Shown here: positions 38,900 to 52,139 of the stretch, in pieces
How positions within the stretch are numbered: position 1 is the stretch's first letter
Layout: each line of letters begins with the position of its first letter
NCBI GenBank assembly: GCA_011109175.1
Contig: RDEW01000032.1
Location: 154,404 to 218,403 of the forward strand
DNA length: 64,000 bases
Reading direction: 5' to 3'
Source of the DNA: Dicyema japonicum
Lineage: Eukaryota > Animalia > Dicyemida
Made by a program: the position numbers and the translations under genes
The notes under the pieces: generated by a model
Told to the model about the DNA's origin: nothing
The model's input: the letters and a program-made list of their open reading frames with translations, nothing else
Databases searched by the model: none

Positions 38900-40075
38900 C
38901 TGGTTTTATTATCAAACACGTGACAAAGGAAGATTATCCCTGTCAGGATCCCAAGGCTTCCGGGATCTCAATTGCTTCTGCCCTTTCTTCTTGCATTGAG
39001 AAAGCTGTGTCCAATGGCTCGAAAAGGATTGGATGTTCTTTTCTCTTTTCCTTGTCCTGGCTATGGGGTTAGAGCGTAAGCCGGCCCCATCTTCTCGGAA
39101 ACCCTCTCTATCCCATGTCCTGAAGAAGCGCGTGAGTGCCTTTATGGATTCATGGAGTCCCTGCCTGAAAAATTATTTGTTTCCCAGTTGATTACTTCCC
39201 AAAGCCCAATTCCAAACAATCCAGTATGGCTCCTGAGAGGCTTCGCTCTCGTGTCAGGAGGAAATTGATGGAGGGCGACCTTACTGCTGCAGTTCGAACT
39301 GTTTGTACGGATTCTGACCCAGTGAAAGCCACTCAGGAGACACTCTGTATATTGGGACAGAAGCATCCTCCAGAACCAGAAGACTTTTGTGAACCTGTTC
39401 GACCAGAACAATCTATGCATGGTATTTCCACTTTAGTCATTTACAACGCTCTTCGTTCTTTCCGAAGAAGTAGTAGTGGAGGAGTTTACGGTCTCAAACC
39501 TGGCCAGAAAAATGGTGGTATTCGCCCCATTGCAATTGGAACGTATTTCGACGTTTATTCCGCAAAAATAGCTTGTCGTTTTGTTATCTCCCGAATTTCA
39601 GCCGAATTTTGTCCTTCGCAGCTTGGTGTCGGAATCAATGGCGGCTGTGAAGCTGGGATCCACGCAGTGAGAGAATTTGCGTCACAATCAGCTGAATTGA
39701 ATGTTGAGGACAGAGTTTTATTCAAATTGACCTCCGGAATGCCTTCAATTCATCAGAAGGACACCGTCCTTGATACCTGTAGGAGGAGGATTCCTCAGAT
39801 TTTATCCTTTGTATATCTCGCGTATTCGGATTCATCCCCTCTTGTTTTTGGCAGTGGAATTATTTCATCCGGATCCGGAGTTCAACAGGGAGACCCAATC
39901 GGTCCTCTTCTATTTGCTTTGTCTATCGACCATGTTGCCCAGGACCGTTGCACTCCACTAAACGTCTGGTATCTGGACGATTGTATTCTCGGTGGAAGTC
40001 CCGATGATATTCCCTCCAAAGTTGCATCGATCAGACGTTTGTGTGGAAAAATCGGTCTGGAATTTAACAATTAAA
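38900..40075 (+). mobile_element. CRE-clade retrotransposon RT fragment
   Basis: ORF 39226-40074: GGIRPIAIG, QLGVG..GGCEA, GVQQGDPIGPLLF and WYLDD. Confidence 0.9.
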
Positions 40076-40189
40076 AGTGCGAAGCAATTAATCTGAATTT
40101 GAGTCCGATTCATTCTACCTTTTTCATAGAAAACTATGCCTGACAATAATCAATAAAATCTCTTCCCTAGTGAGTCTAAACATTACGGA

Positions 40190-40400
40190 CAAGGTTTCGC
40201 AGTCCATGAACATCTTGTACCACGGATACATCAATTTTGGAAAGTCAACGACAGGATTAGTGTTCTGCAAATTAGGATAAATGACATGTGCCCTTCCAAA
40301 AGTTACATGACAGTCATTAACGTGTATGCTCCACATAGTGGCAGATTTTTGAAAAATCCTATGAACTGGATGACTTCTACTGTCAATAAAATGTTTAGAA
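40190..40400 (+). mobile_element. LINE APE endonuclease fragment
   Basis: DRISVLQI...TVINVYAPH. Confidence 0.6.
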
Positions 40401-41199
40401 CATTTAAAATTAACATTCCGTCCGAGTTTTCATGTAGAACTACGGTTAAGTTTCTTGCAGAAAAAAACATAAATAAGTTGACAAAATTATTAAAATTTAT
40501 TATTAAATTTTAGAAACGAAAAAAGTGAATCATTATGAAAGAAGCCCTGGAATTTACAAAAAAATATCCAATTGTATTCTTCTAAACAAAAACATTTCGA
40601 TATGATAATTTCCAAAAAAATATGTGGGAAATATTGACAAATAATGGGTGGAGACACATGTAAAATGGAAATATTTTTCTTAATGAAAATTCCTGATCGC
40701 AAAAAAACAGTATACCAAAGAGATATAGACAATTTGGAAGTTAATTCAACAATTATAACAGACTCTTGAGGATATTAAACAAAAATCTTATTCAAAAATC
40801 GATATATTGATAATAAATTTTTCATTATATATTTTACAAAAAAGATGAAAATTTGATAAATTTGTTTCACTAAATACCAAAAAATCAAATAGTGAGGAAA
40901 ATCCATATTTATTAATTGCCAAAATATATATATATAAACATTTTGAAAACAGGCTTCAACACTATTTGACGATTCCATAATATATATAATATTGAAGAAA
41001 TTGTAAGGCACTACATAGAGAAATAATATACAGACATGCAGCCAACCACAAGAACGTGGCAACTGCACGCCAATTTATATTCGTACGTTTTAAAAGGTTT
41101 ACCATCTTGTAAAATAATTTTTAAAAATATGTATAAATTAAATTAATATAAATTCGTCAAAATTTGACTTTAATAAGTATATCTAACTTTTCCTTCGTC

Positions 41200-44100
41200 T
41201 TTTTTCATTGCCTCTCTGAGTCGCGTCACGATTGCATTCCCAATATCACTGGTGACTCCTTTACCAATTTGACTAAATTTTCTGAATTTTCAAATACGTT
41301 TGGAATGAAACAGAACTGATATTCGAGGGCTAGACTTCTTAACCTTCTCTATTATGAATCTTTAGCATCCTGATAGTCTGAATAAACAATACATACAAGC
41401 TGAGAGGCTATAAACGAGTTTTACTCGCCTTACAGCGACTATTTTGAGGTTTACAGATGTAGAAACTGTGGCGCAAACCAATTCCGATAAAGAGGCTTTC
41501 GTTGTCCAACAAAGTGGTTGGAGTTTCGCTCACATCCACTGTCTTCTATGTTAGCTACTCGAAGAAAAGGGAGGCGATGCTGATTTAATCTTTTCTCCTT
41601 TCCGAAAACTAGTTTGAAACCTTATTCAATGATTTCTAATACAGTTTATTCATGGAACATCTAAGTTTCGAAAATAAGTGTGGAAGTATTATTAGTAAAT
41701 TATATGTTGTTGGTTAAATGCACTTCCGCGTTACCCATAAAATATGGTTCCACATGTGCAGTGCTCTTCACTATCCGATCTACCAGTTTGCTTAATGTAA
41801 CTTTCCTCTCAGCAATGTCTCTGCATTTATCAAAGAAATTCATGTATAAGGTCTCCTGTTTGGTTTTCGAAGCTAAGTTGTAATTGTAACGGGGTAGAAT
41901 AGATAGACTGAGAGTACGATAAAGACAGTCATTATTAGAGGTTTCAACCACTCAACCAACATATACCTTATATGTGTAGTCTTTTAGAACCAATCATCCC
42001 TATCCACTCACATTAACTCCAAGTTTATTTGAGCATATTCGAAATCAAGCTAAATTTAAAATATTTTCGGAATATTTTTGAAGTTGGAATAGTCTTTAAA
42101 ATAATTGTTACTTGATAAAATTTTATTATTTGAGCTATGTGTCCGTCCTTTCACAAAGAGTTCGTAGTTGTGAGTTTACAATGCTGGGTTTTGCCAATTT
42201 AAGGATTGGCCAATTTGCGAGGGTCACACCTGGAGCCAAAAGGGAAGAGGAGGAACAGAAGAAACAAACAAAAAATCTTCAAGTAACAACATCACCACAT
42301 TAACGTTGACGCCACGTGGTATAGTGTAAATCTCTAACCTAAATAGAAAAGAACTTCTGAGTATCGTAACTATATTAAGGATTACTCTCAAAGATTCGCC
42401 TCCTCTTTGGGTCTGACCCGATCACCTAAGTCATACTTTCCAATTTCTCAGCCACCACTTAAATAATTAATTTATATATTCGCATGAATTCTTAATTTAT
42501 AATATTCTTGATTAGTCAATTTATTTTTTTCAGGAAAGTTTATAACATTAATTCAAAAATATTACTAAATGGGTTTTTCATATTTTGATGGAGATCTACC
42601 GACAGCTGATTCAGCCGGGAGCAAGATAATGTTTGATTACATACTTTCGAGAGTTCTTTGGAGCATAACTGATTCGTTTAAGTCATCATTGCTTCTCCAA
42701 TGGATAGTCATCCATATAATTCTTGAAGCCGTCCCACGTCATACCCAGGGAATAATCTTTATTGGCATTCGTAGAGAAGCAAGAACTCACTTCCAAGGAG
42801 GTTGTACTTATGATATTTTCCGAATCAACTTGTTTTAGGCGGTCCTGATATTTAATAACCAGAAAAATTATATCTAAGTTTTTTTTATGACTGAAGACTG
42901 AGGGTGATTTTGAGATTTAAATAAATGGAAAACTATCCCCTTGCAGCCCAATAATATTTTAAGTGAACTTTAATTTTATGGGAAAATTTTCTCACAATGG
43001 GAAAAGTGTTCTGGTGAGTGAACTTCAAAACGTTAATGATCTCGTCCTTGTGCCTTCCGTCATAAGAGTACTTATGCTGTATAACGAACCATTAAACGCG
43101 GCGGTATAGAACAAATGTGTTTTTGGGTTTTTTCCTAGTCGCATCAAACAACAGGGAACTCTCATCAACTCTTCCATTCTTTTCCTAATGACAAGCATTA
43201 AAAGAGGTACACTCCCTTGTGAATCATCTAAACTGAGAAACCGTGCTTTTCTTGGATTAAATAAAAGACTTAAGAAATTTAAGTAATACAAGACCATCCA
43301 CGTTTTGTCAACATAAAAAATAATCTATTAGTCAGCATATTGTTTATGAATCGTTAGGATGAACTGGTGGACGCAGTTCTGTTATACTAACTGTCATCAT
43401 CCTACTAAGGCATCTGTAACTTTTCGTTCACCTTCTAAATGGACTAAGAAGAGTCGGTAACGCGAGTTTTCTTGAAATGCTCCACATTTATCCGTAAAAC
43501 ATGGGGTTGTCGAAAAAGCAAAAATCCCTGAATTATCATCAGTAAGTAGATGTTGAGCTTTGTATTATAACTACTTGAAGTCAATATTTATCACTGATTC
43601 ATTCTGAGATCTATTCCACGTGTCAATGGAGTTGAGAACTTGGGAAATAATGTCATTGAAAATAAGCAATTAAAATAATTTATAATTCGCACGAAAACAC
43701 GCAAACTGTAGGGGCATAGTTCACTGACATAGTTGATGGTCAAGAAGACATCTTTGTAATTAATTCAAGGTCTTTACTGTATATATTCCACTTCATTGAC
43801 TTATCATTAAACTCACAGAACCAAAGAATGTCGTATTAACTGAGTTGCTATTTATGCTTAAGATCATTTACACCAGACGTCTCAAGCATTTCCTGTCCAC
43901 TGCATGCGACCGTAGTCCTCTGAGTCGTCTGTATAATCGAGTTTCTTTCCAATCATTTTTAAGTCTTTGTTGAGGGCCACAGAGAGTGACTAGTTGATTT
44001 ATAACAGATAAATTAATCCATCGGATATTTTTTATCATTAAGGTGTTCGAATTAAGTTATTTTTGGCTTTCTCTTAGGTTTACAAATCAATAATTGATTT

Positions 44101-44830
44101 TAATTTATTAAAAAACCTCTAGATCGCTTAAGCTGATACTCGTGAGGATGATATCCTCCACTGCTCCTCTCATTGGCCATTGAGTCAGTTCATACAGAAA
44201 ATTATTAAATGAAATGAAAATTCCAAGTGACCAAGTATTACCAAGCTAACGACTCACATGAACCTGACACGCTCAAGTAGAGACCTTTGACTCGATGGTT
44301 CTCCTTCGAGCCCACACTAACGCATATTGGACGCAGAACTGGTTGCTTGTAGTTGAACTGTCACGCCCTCAGTTCTTATGAATTAAAGATTCCGGTGACG
44401 TTAAAAGAAAACCTTCCAAAGTTATTCGTTCCGAAACTTTTAATGCTATTTCGTTCCGTAATTTAATCCAAGTTATCAAAATGGCTTGATGATCCTATAT
44501 CGATCCTACGTAAGCTCGTTGGGTAAGGTCTTCTCCTGATCATGTTGGATCAAGCCTCCTCCGTTATGCCATCGGATTGGAATCTCCTAGAGCGTCGGCA
44601 TCATATTAATTTTGTCCATAGACCACTCTCTGTCATTTCGTGATTTTTCCAGCATTAGTCTAAGAAATCGAGGGCCTTATATATTTTCGACATGCTGTGA
44701 GAAACATACGTGTTTATCGAAGATCACTCCAGGGATTTTTTGCCATTTCTGGCAATGATTCCCATCCAAGTTAATTTCAATTGACTTGTTTGACATTTTC
44801 TTGTCCAAGGTGAATAGGGATAAAAGGATT
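41200..44830 (-). mobile_element. Patchwork of old CR1/L2-like and Jockey/I-like RT remnants
   Basis: TLYMNFFDK..LSKL, ESVINIDFK and KILGVIFDKH..FSQHVENI in decayed frames. Confidence 0.4.
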
Positions 44831-45001
44831 ATTCAGGGATAATTGTGAGTCAGTCGTGGCCATTAATACGGAGGAATCTATCAAATTATAATTTGACACT
44901 GCACTTTTAAAATAAGACATTTAAAAAATAATAAATATAATATATTCTTAAAATTAATTAGAATTATTAAAATAATAAAATCAATTCTAACCACTGTGTG
45001 C

Positions 45002-46051
<1,050 letters not shown>

Positions 46052-46919
46052 TTACTAATTTGACTGTCTAATTTTTATTATCTGAGATGGTATTTGTCAG
46101 TGCTATTGCCTAGGATAATCTACTGTTTAATTTTTACTCGGAAACTATTGCCCGACGTTATTGATTAGATTTTCGTTTATCTTTATGACTAGGAAATTCT
46201 CATTATCTATTTATTCCTCCTAATAAATAAATGCACTTTATTGATTAATTTCTTTGTTATTGACCTCGCTTAGAATACAACCTAGAGTTCCGTTAGCGCC
46301 GCTGGATATTTGAGAGAATCTCGTTCGCATCCTGAGGTTCATGTTTTGTTCCTACAAAGCAATTCAATCAAATGCCCTTTGAGTTGGTCTTGTGATGATA
46401 ATCTTTCAAGGGTATCCGCATATCATCTCCAATTATGGACCATTTCAACATTGGAATAAGTTTATTATCATCGACAATCATTGAGTATCAGTGATCGTCG
46501 GTTTCAATGACAATAATATCTGATCGAATAGATTAAGGTTCGAACTGGATAAGATACGAAGTTTGATTGAATGTCACCCAACACTGAAAATTCCTGTATT
46601 TTAGTATTTTTTAGCAACTACTGACTATAATCTACACTTTTGATCTCAATGCTGACAATCAAATCAATTCTCCTACATGTTACAACCTGTATGGTTTCAA
46701 ATCTGAATTTTAGTGTATCCTACACTGAAACTTAGTATATCCTATGTCTGCTAAGCATACAAAATAGGAAGGATGACAGATTACATTTGTCATAATGACA
46801 TTTAGTCAAGTAGAATTTAGTCGTCATCTAAATTTTATGCAAATTAACCTAAGGTGAAAGTCAATTAACTTTCATAAATTTAATATAATTTTAGCTGATG
46901 ACCACTGGTATGTGTGATT

Positions 46920-47760
46920 CTAAGTCGTCATGATTATGTCACGCACGGCAGCAGCGATCCAAGGCAAGTAAATCTTCGACCCAGATATTGGTGATGTCCA
47001 CATCGAATGGTGGAGATTTCCAGTATAATGGTATTTGGAAGCAATGACTCTCAGTCGCTGACGAGGTCGGCAGCATAGTACTTTGCCGTCTTCATGGTAC
47101 GGTTCAATGGGAGAACATGAATGATTCACAGGGTACATCATTTGTGGGGCGTTTTGTATTCTGTAAAAGTAGATATTAATATCCATAAAGTTACCAGAAT
47201 ACTTTAGTCACAACAGCGCATCAATAACACGAGAAACTATCTGTGTGGTAAGTTTCTCCAGTTTCTGTTGTTTACTGTCAGTGCAAGTAATTCATTGAGG
47301 TTAAGACATTTCCCAATTCATTTAAGACATACGCTGTGAAGAGTAATTTGTGGTTATTTCGAAGGCAAAAAGTGTCGAACAAGCATATATCGAAATTTCC
47401 TTTGTCTTTACACGGCCGCTGTGGTAAGCATGACCACTGTGCGACCAGGAATTTACACAAAAACATTCTTTAATTTGCTGCAATTTCCTCTAAATAACCA
47501 TTGCTGGGTTAATATGCGCCCATGGTTATTCTTTCGTTTAGAAATAGACTTTCATCTATTTCTACAATCATTACTACACCACCTATCATTGATTGTATAG
47601 ATAATACCGTTTTTGATATGATTGTTGTAATCAACGAATGCGCATAGATCTTTTATAGGGAAATATCCCCTTTTCTTGTAACAATTTAATTGAATCTTCA
47701 TTATTTTGAGGCAGAAGACGGATTAATGGGTTGTCGTATGAACAATAAACACAAAGTGGG
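46920..47760 (-). mobile_element. Merlin/ISXO2-like transposase remnant
   Basis: IGGVVMIVEIDESLF / KRKNNHGRILTQQWLF and PVNHS motifs. Confidence 0.75.
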
Positions 47761-47899
47761 ATATTTTAAATAAAAAATTCAAAAAAATAAATTAAATATA
47801 AATCAATCGTAAAATTTTTTTTTTATTTTAATATTAGCTTTTTAACTAAAAATCACAATATATTGATTTTGACGCTGAAATGTGGCTACCTGTCTCTAC

Positions 47900-48520
47900 G
47901 GCATATGATGTTTGAAAGAAGTGATACGAGGATGTCATCTAATCTTTTTTATAAGAGGACAAAGACCTAAGAAATTTCTAATGAGATTCTGGATATACGA
48001 TGAGACTTCTCGACCATATTGTGCGACTGAAATTAGTAAAAAATGTCATCAGCTAATTCTCTGTGTTTTTGAGCACAAACCTCTATAACTTTTATACAAT
48101 TTCTCCCCACATTGACTCTAACAATAAATCAGCCTTTGTTTCCAATCTGCTATTGTGGGGATATAAGATGGTCATATTGACCCCATATGAGACGGATCTT
48201 ACTAATAAAGTGATTGATCCCCAAAAAAATATCAAATGTGTTTTACTTTAGTAAAGTTAATAAATTCCGCATATTAAATTTAGTCAAGATTGCTTTAATA
48301 TCGAAATGATATCTGAACCATCACAAAAGTTCTGTATCTCCCGCTAGCTGGGACCGATCTCCTAAAAAATTCAAAACCTTTTCTCTCTTTAGTATATAGT
48401 TCCTGCGAAAAAATTAGCTTTATCAGTTCCGTAGTTTGGGAGATCTGGTCCCCTAGAAAAGCAATTTCGATTATTTTGAATGGATCATCGACTATGTTAA
48501 GCAAATTACTCAAATTTTAA
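47900..48520 (-). mobile_element. Old CR1/L2-like RT remnant
   Basis: Weak GDQIS...LIF and WKQA similarity. Confidence 0.3.
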
Positions 48521-48749
48521 AGGTCCTAGGACTGACTTGAGATTACTTGAAATCTTTATAAAGCTAATTAAGTTTATTTACATTATTTAAAACGCTGTAT
48601 AACTTATTAAAATGGATTTGTCAGTTATCCCCAATAAAAGTCCACATTTTTCGACCAAAGAAGTAACCGATTACAACCAGACTGTACCTTTAGTATTACT
48701 TACAATTATAATGAATTTTAGTTATATTATATCTCACTTTTGAAATAGT

Positions 48750-49740
48750 TTTGACCACGTGCTTTTTAGTTTTTTGTGGACACTTTTATTTAGATTTAAA
48801 GTGCTTAGGAAACTTGAAATAAGTAGTTTATTATTGCATTTGTAGGAAGAAAAGTGTTTAAATAAACAGTTTAAAAAAATCAAGTTTTTATTTTTTACCC
48901 ACGTGGGCTGTCTCCCATTGTCCTCCATCTCAGGGATCTCTGGGTTCTTGTATTAATGCCTAGAAATGATTAAAGTTGAAAGTTCATAAAATTAACATTG
49001 AAGGTCACGCCACTTGACAGGAGTGATATTAATCGAAATTTCACGAAACTCAAAGTCTTCATTTGTGATCCCTGGGAGACCTAAGGTCAGGACAAGTATG
49101 CCAGTCTTAAAGGGGCAACATATATGCAAGTGCGTACCCGAAAAAAGTTGGGGCAAGTGGGGTCAAATCCCGGAGAATCTGTATCTATTCGGGGACCAGA
49201 AAAAGTGCTTGTTTTAAGCCCAAAATAACACTTTTAATAATTTGGTTTTAGAAATTAAAAAGCTATTTTTTAAATTGATTTAATAAGCTTATTTGTCAAT
49301 TTGGTTTAAATATTTCCATAGCAAATGAGCCCCGATTTATTTGGAGTACCCACATGTCTTGACCACCTGGGCCCGACCACGTGGCTAATTTTTTGAATGT
49401 CTAAATTTTTAAGTTTCCTAGCTTAGACACGTGCCTAAAATATATTAATTAAATAGAAAGTTATAATTAAGCCTTAAAACAGGTTTTTAGGTTCAACTTT
49501 AATATTTAAAACTTTTCTTGACCACGTGACAGTTTTTTTCTTTGTGGTAGACACGTGTTTAAAATAAAAAATAAAAAAGTAATTAAATAGTTATTTTAAA
49601 GCTTTTATTTCGCTTTTTAATTGAATTTCTAACTCAGATGGAGATATCTATTTCTAGTTAGAGATAAGGCACGTGCCCGGACCACGTGACCAAATTTTTA
49701 TTAGCTGTAGACACGTGCTTAAAATAAAAATAAATAAAAA
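48750..49740. repeat. Degenerate tandem array rich in CACGTG palindromes
   Basis: CACGTG at 48756, 48900, 49378, 49428, 49523, 49552, 49670, 49683 and 49712. Confidence 0.75.
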
Positions 49741-49835
49741 TGTTAAAACGAAAATTAAAAAACAATCTCTGGACTCGAACCTATGAAGCTTATCTCAAAT
49801 AACTGTCTACCTAACCTATTGACAATTGAGGTTTT

Positions 49836-50100
49836 TTGGCCCCCGCGAACGTAGCCATGAAGGATCACTTCATGTTGGAGGCCTCCCGTTTCCGTGGTCA
49901 CCCAAGGACGACACTGGCAGTCGTTCTCGACGAAGACCTCAAAGAAATGGGACGGCATATTGGAAGTGGAGAGGATCTTGACTGGTTCCGCACTGCGGCT
50001 TTGAATAGGAGGAAGTGGATGAAACTAACCAGCGATTTGCTAACTCGTGTTGCACATGCCTATGACATAGCGATAAGTGCTTATAATAATAATGTGGCTA
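49836..50100 (+). mobile_element. RTE-like LINE 3' fragment
   Basis: FRGHPRTTLAVVLDEDL; (AAT)n tail at about 50085. Confidence 0.8.
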
Positions 50101-50569
50101 CCTTTTTTTTCTTCATAGCACTGGGTGTCACTTAAAACTGATTGATCAAATGACACTACTCTATAGAAGAACTAAAAGGATAAATAGAGACGAATGGAAG
50201 AGATACTTTCTATCAAATAGGCAGTTGAAGAAATCGAACCCAAGATTATTGTTGTAGTGTGACATCCTAACCACTAAACTGTTTAGGAAAACGATAAAAT
50301 TCTGTACAAGGACATGGAGATAATTCGACGCAAATACTTAAGAAATATTAATTTCCAACAAGTAGATCAAAGGATAAATATTCAAAAAAAAGTTTATTGT
50401 GGTTGAATCAGCTCATAAAAATCGTTTAATAGCCATTTTCATTATTATTATTTATTAGAGAACTATAGAAACAAGATATTGATTTATGTACAATGGAAAA
50501 AGCTATTATTAATAAATAAATTTAAAATCAAACTAACTGATTTCTTGATCCTGGCGCATTACATAAGAA

Positions 50570-50760
50570 CCCTTACCCAAGCACACTGATCCAGAGAGTG
50601 TTATCTGGAGAGCTGAGGTCAATTCCAGAACGTATTGCAAGTGAGCGTAATTTTGGAATGATCCTTTTTGAATGCCGGCCAGGAATTGGTGTCTTCTGAA
50701 TAAGCTGGATCTAATGATGCCATCAGAAGGAAGAGAAATTTTTAATTAGGTAGCCATATA
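50570..50760 (-). mobile_element. Probable CRE N-terminal fragment (paralogue at 57960-58235)
   Basis: WPAFKRIIPK segment and nucleotide similarity to 57960-58235. Confidence 0.45.
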
Positions 50761-51559
50761 TTTCAAGGGTTCCCAAACTATTTTATCAATCGCTCGCATT
50801 AGAAAAATTTAAAAAATATCACCCCCCTTAACGTAATCAGTGATGCTGTATAAATTTGTACACAAATCTACAATATCAGGTCACTTGATTAACGATTTCT
50901 TTTCCTTCCTTCTAATGGCGTCATCGGATCCACCAAACTCATAGACGTCCAATTGTTGGCCGACATAAACTATTGATTTCCATTGGTAACTATGTCGCTT
51001 ACAGGCGACGAGTTCTGAGTTTGAATTGAGATTACTAACAATGTCCTCTGGATCACTGTAAATAGAACGAGAAATCCAGTCGAACGCATCAGGATCAAGG
51101 GTTTTAGTTAGTTTTACTTTTAATTTTTAAATAAATTCATTTCATGTTTGTGAGTCAAAGGCGTAAATCACCTCTTTTAAAATATCCGAACGGTTTTTTC
51201 GTGGTTCGATGTTTCCATTGATGCTAAGATCCAGCGATCTTTAGGTAGAATTTTGTTTTTTTAACAAATTCATCGACCATTTTAGTGAATCTCTTGCGTG
51301 AGCACAATAGTGTGCATCTACGATTACAATGACAGATTATATAATCTATTTGATTATAGATGGGAACTGTCTCCCCGTTCTGATATTACTTCCTCCCACC
51401 CATGCGGTCATATGTCTTGCCGCGTTTTTGAACGTTGTGTGTACACAGAAAAGGATCAAATGCACAGCAGAAAATCACCCAAAGAAGCATTATTAAAGTT
51501 CCTCATTCCTCTGCTACGAGCTTAATTAAATTTGCGTCTCTATTACGTGTCCCACTTTT

Positions 51560-52012
51560 ACGTTGCAATTGACTGCAAGAAAAGTGAGGGGAAGCATGTA
51601 TATCCCCCATCACCACGGCGAGATTCGAGTAAAAATTTTTCAATTTCTTCTGGACATTTCAATGCGTTAGAGTCGTTTTCCCGGTTCATTAACTGCAGTA
51701 AAGATATTCTGTCACTGACACTCCAACATTTTTTGATCTAGTGTGCGTTCCTTGGGGACCGCAAAACCTTGTCCATAGTGTTGACACTCTGGATTAAAGA
51801 CCATTAACCTGTATGGTCCCAGTAGTTCGTCCAAGTCTCTGTTTAGCTTAGTATTTTTGGAAAGGGACTGAGACTCCATAACGGACGAGATCCTTGGTCA
51901 ACAGAGTTCTTCGAAGAGAAGAGGAATTTCCTCTAACGTTGAATGTCGCAAATGCAATTTCTCCAGCGTATGTTAAAGACATTCGTGCATTGATGGACGT
52001 CACCACCTGATG
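51560..52012 (-). mobile_element. RTE-like LINE 5' end (APE N-terminus)
   Basis: FATFNVRG...KDLVRY, HYGQGFAV and AVVMGD. Confidence 0.7.
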
Positions 52013-52139
52013 TTATCTATTAGTTAAAGTTATAATTTAAATTTTTTTTAAATAATTAATAATTATAGGTTATTTTGACGTGTTGATAATTATAGGTTAT
52101 ATATAGTTATATTGTCGTGTTGTGTTATTATTTATTTAT

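Noticed and set aside
40490-41068. Two same-frame minus-strand ORFs as a membrane protein
   Set aside because: The F/I/L/Y richness is expected from AT-rich DNA; no motif or intron structure resolves the stop between them.
49762-49830. tRNA gene on the minus strand (GGTTCGAGTCC)
   Set aside because: A B box is present but there is no acceptor-stem pairing; at most a decayed SINE head.
50763-50785. Complete hAT element from a CAAGGGTTCCCAAACT terminus
   Set aside because: No partner end or transposase was found in the window.
51985-52015. HDV-like ribozyme at the RTE 5' end (similar motif at about 55920)
   Set aside because: The P1/P2/P3 nested pseudoknot could not be built.
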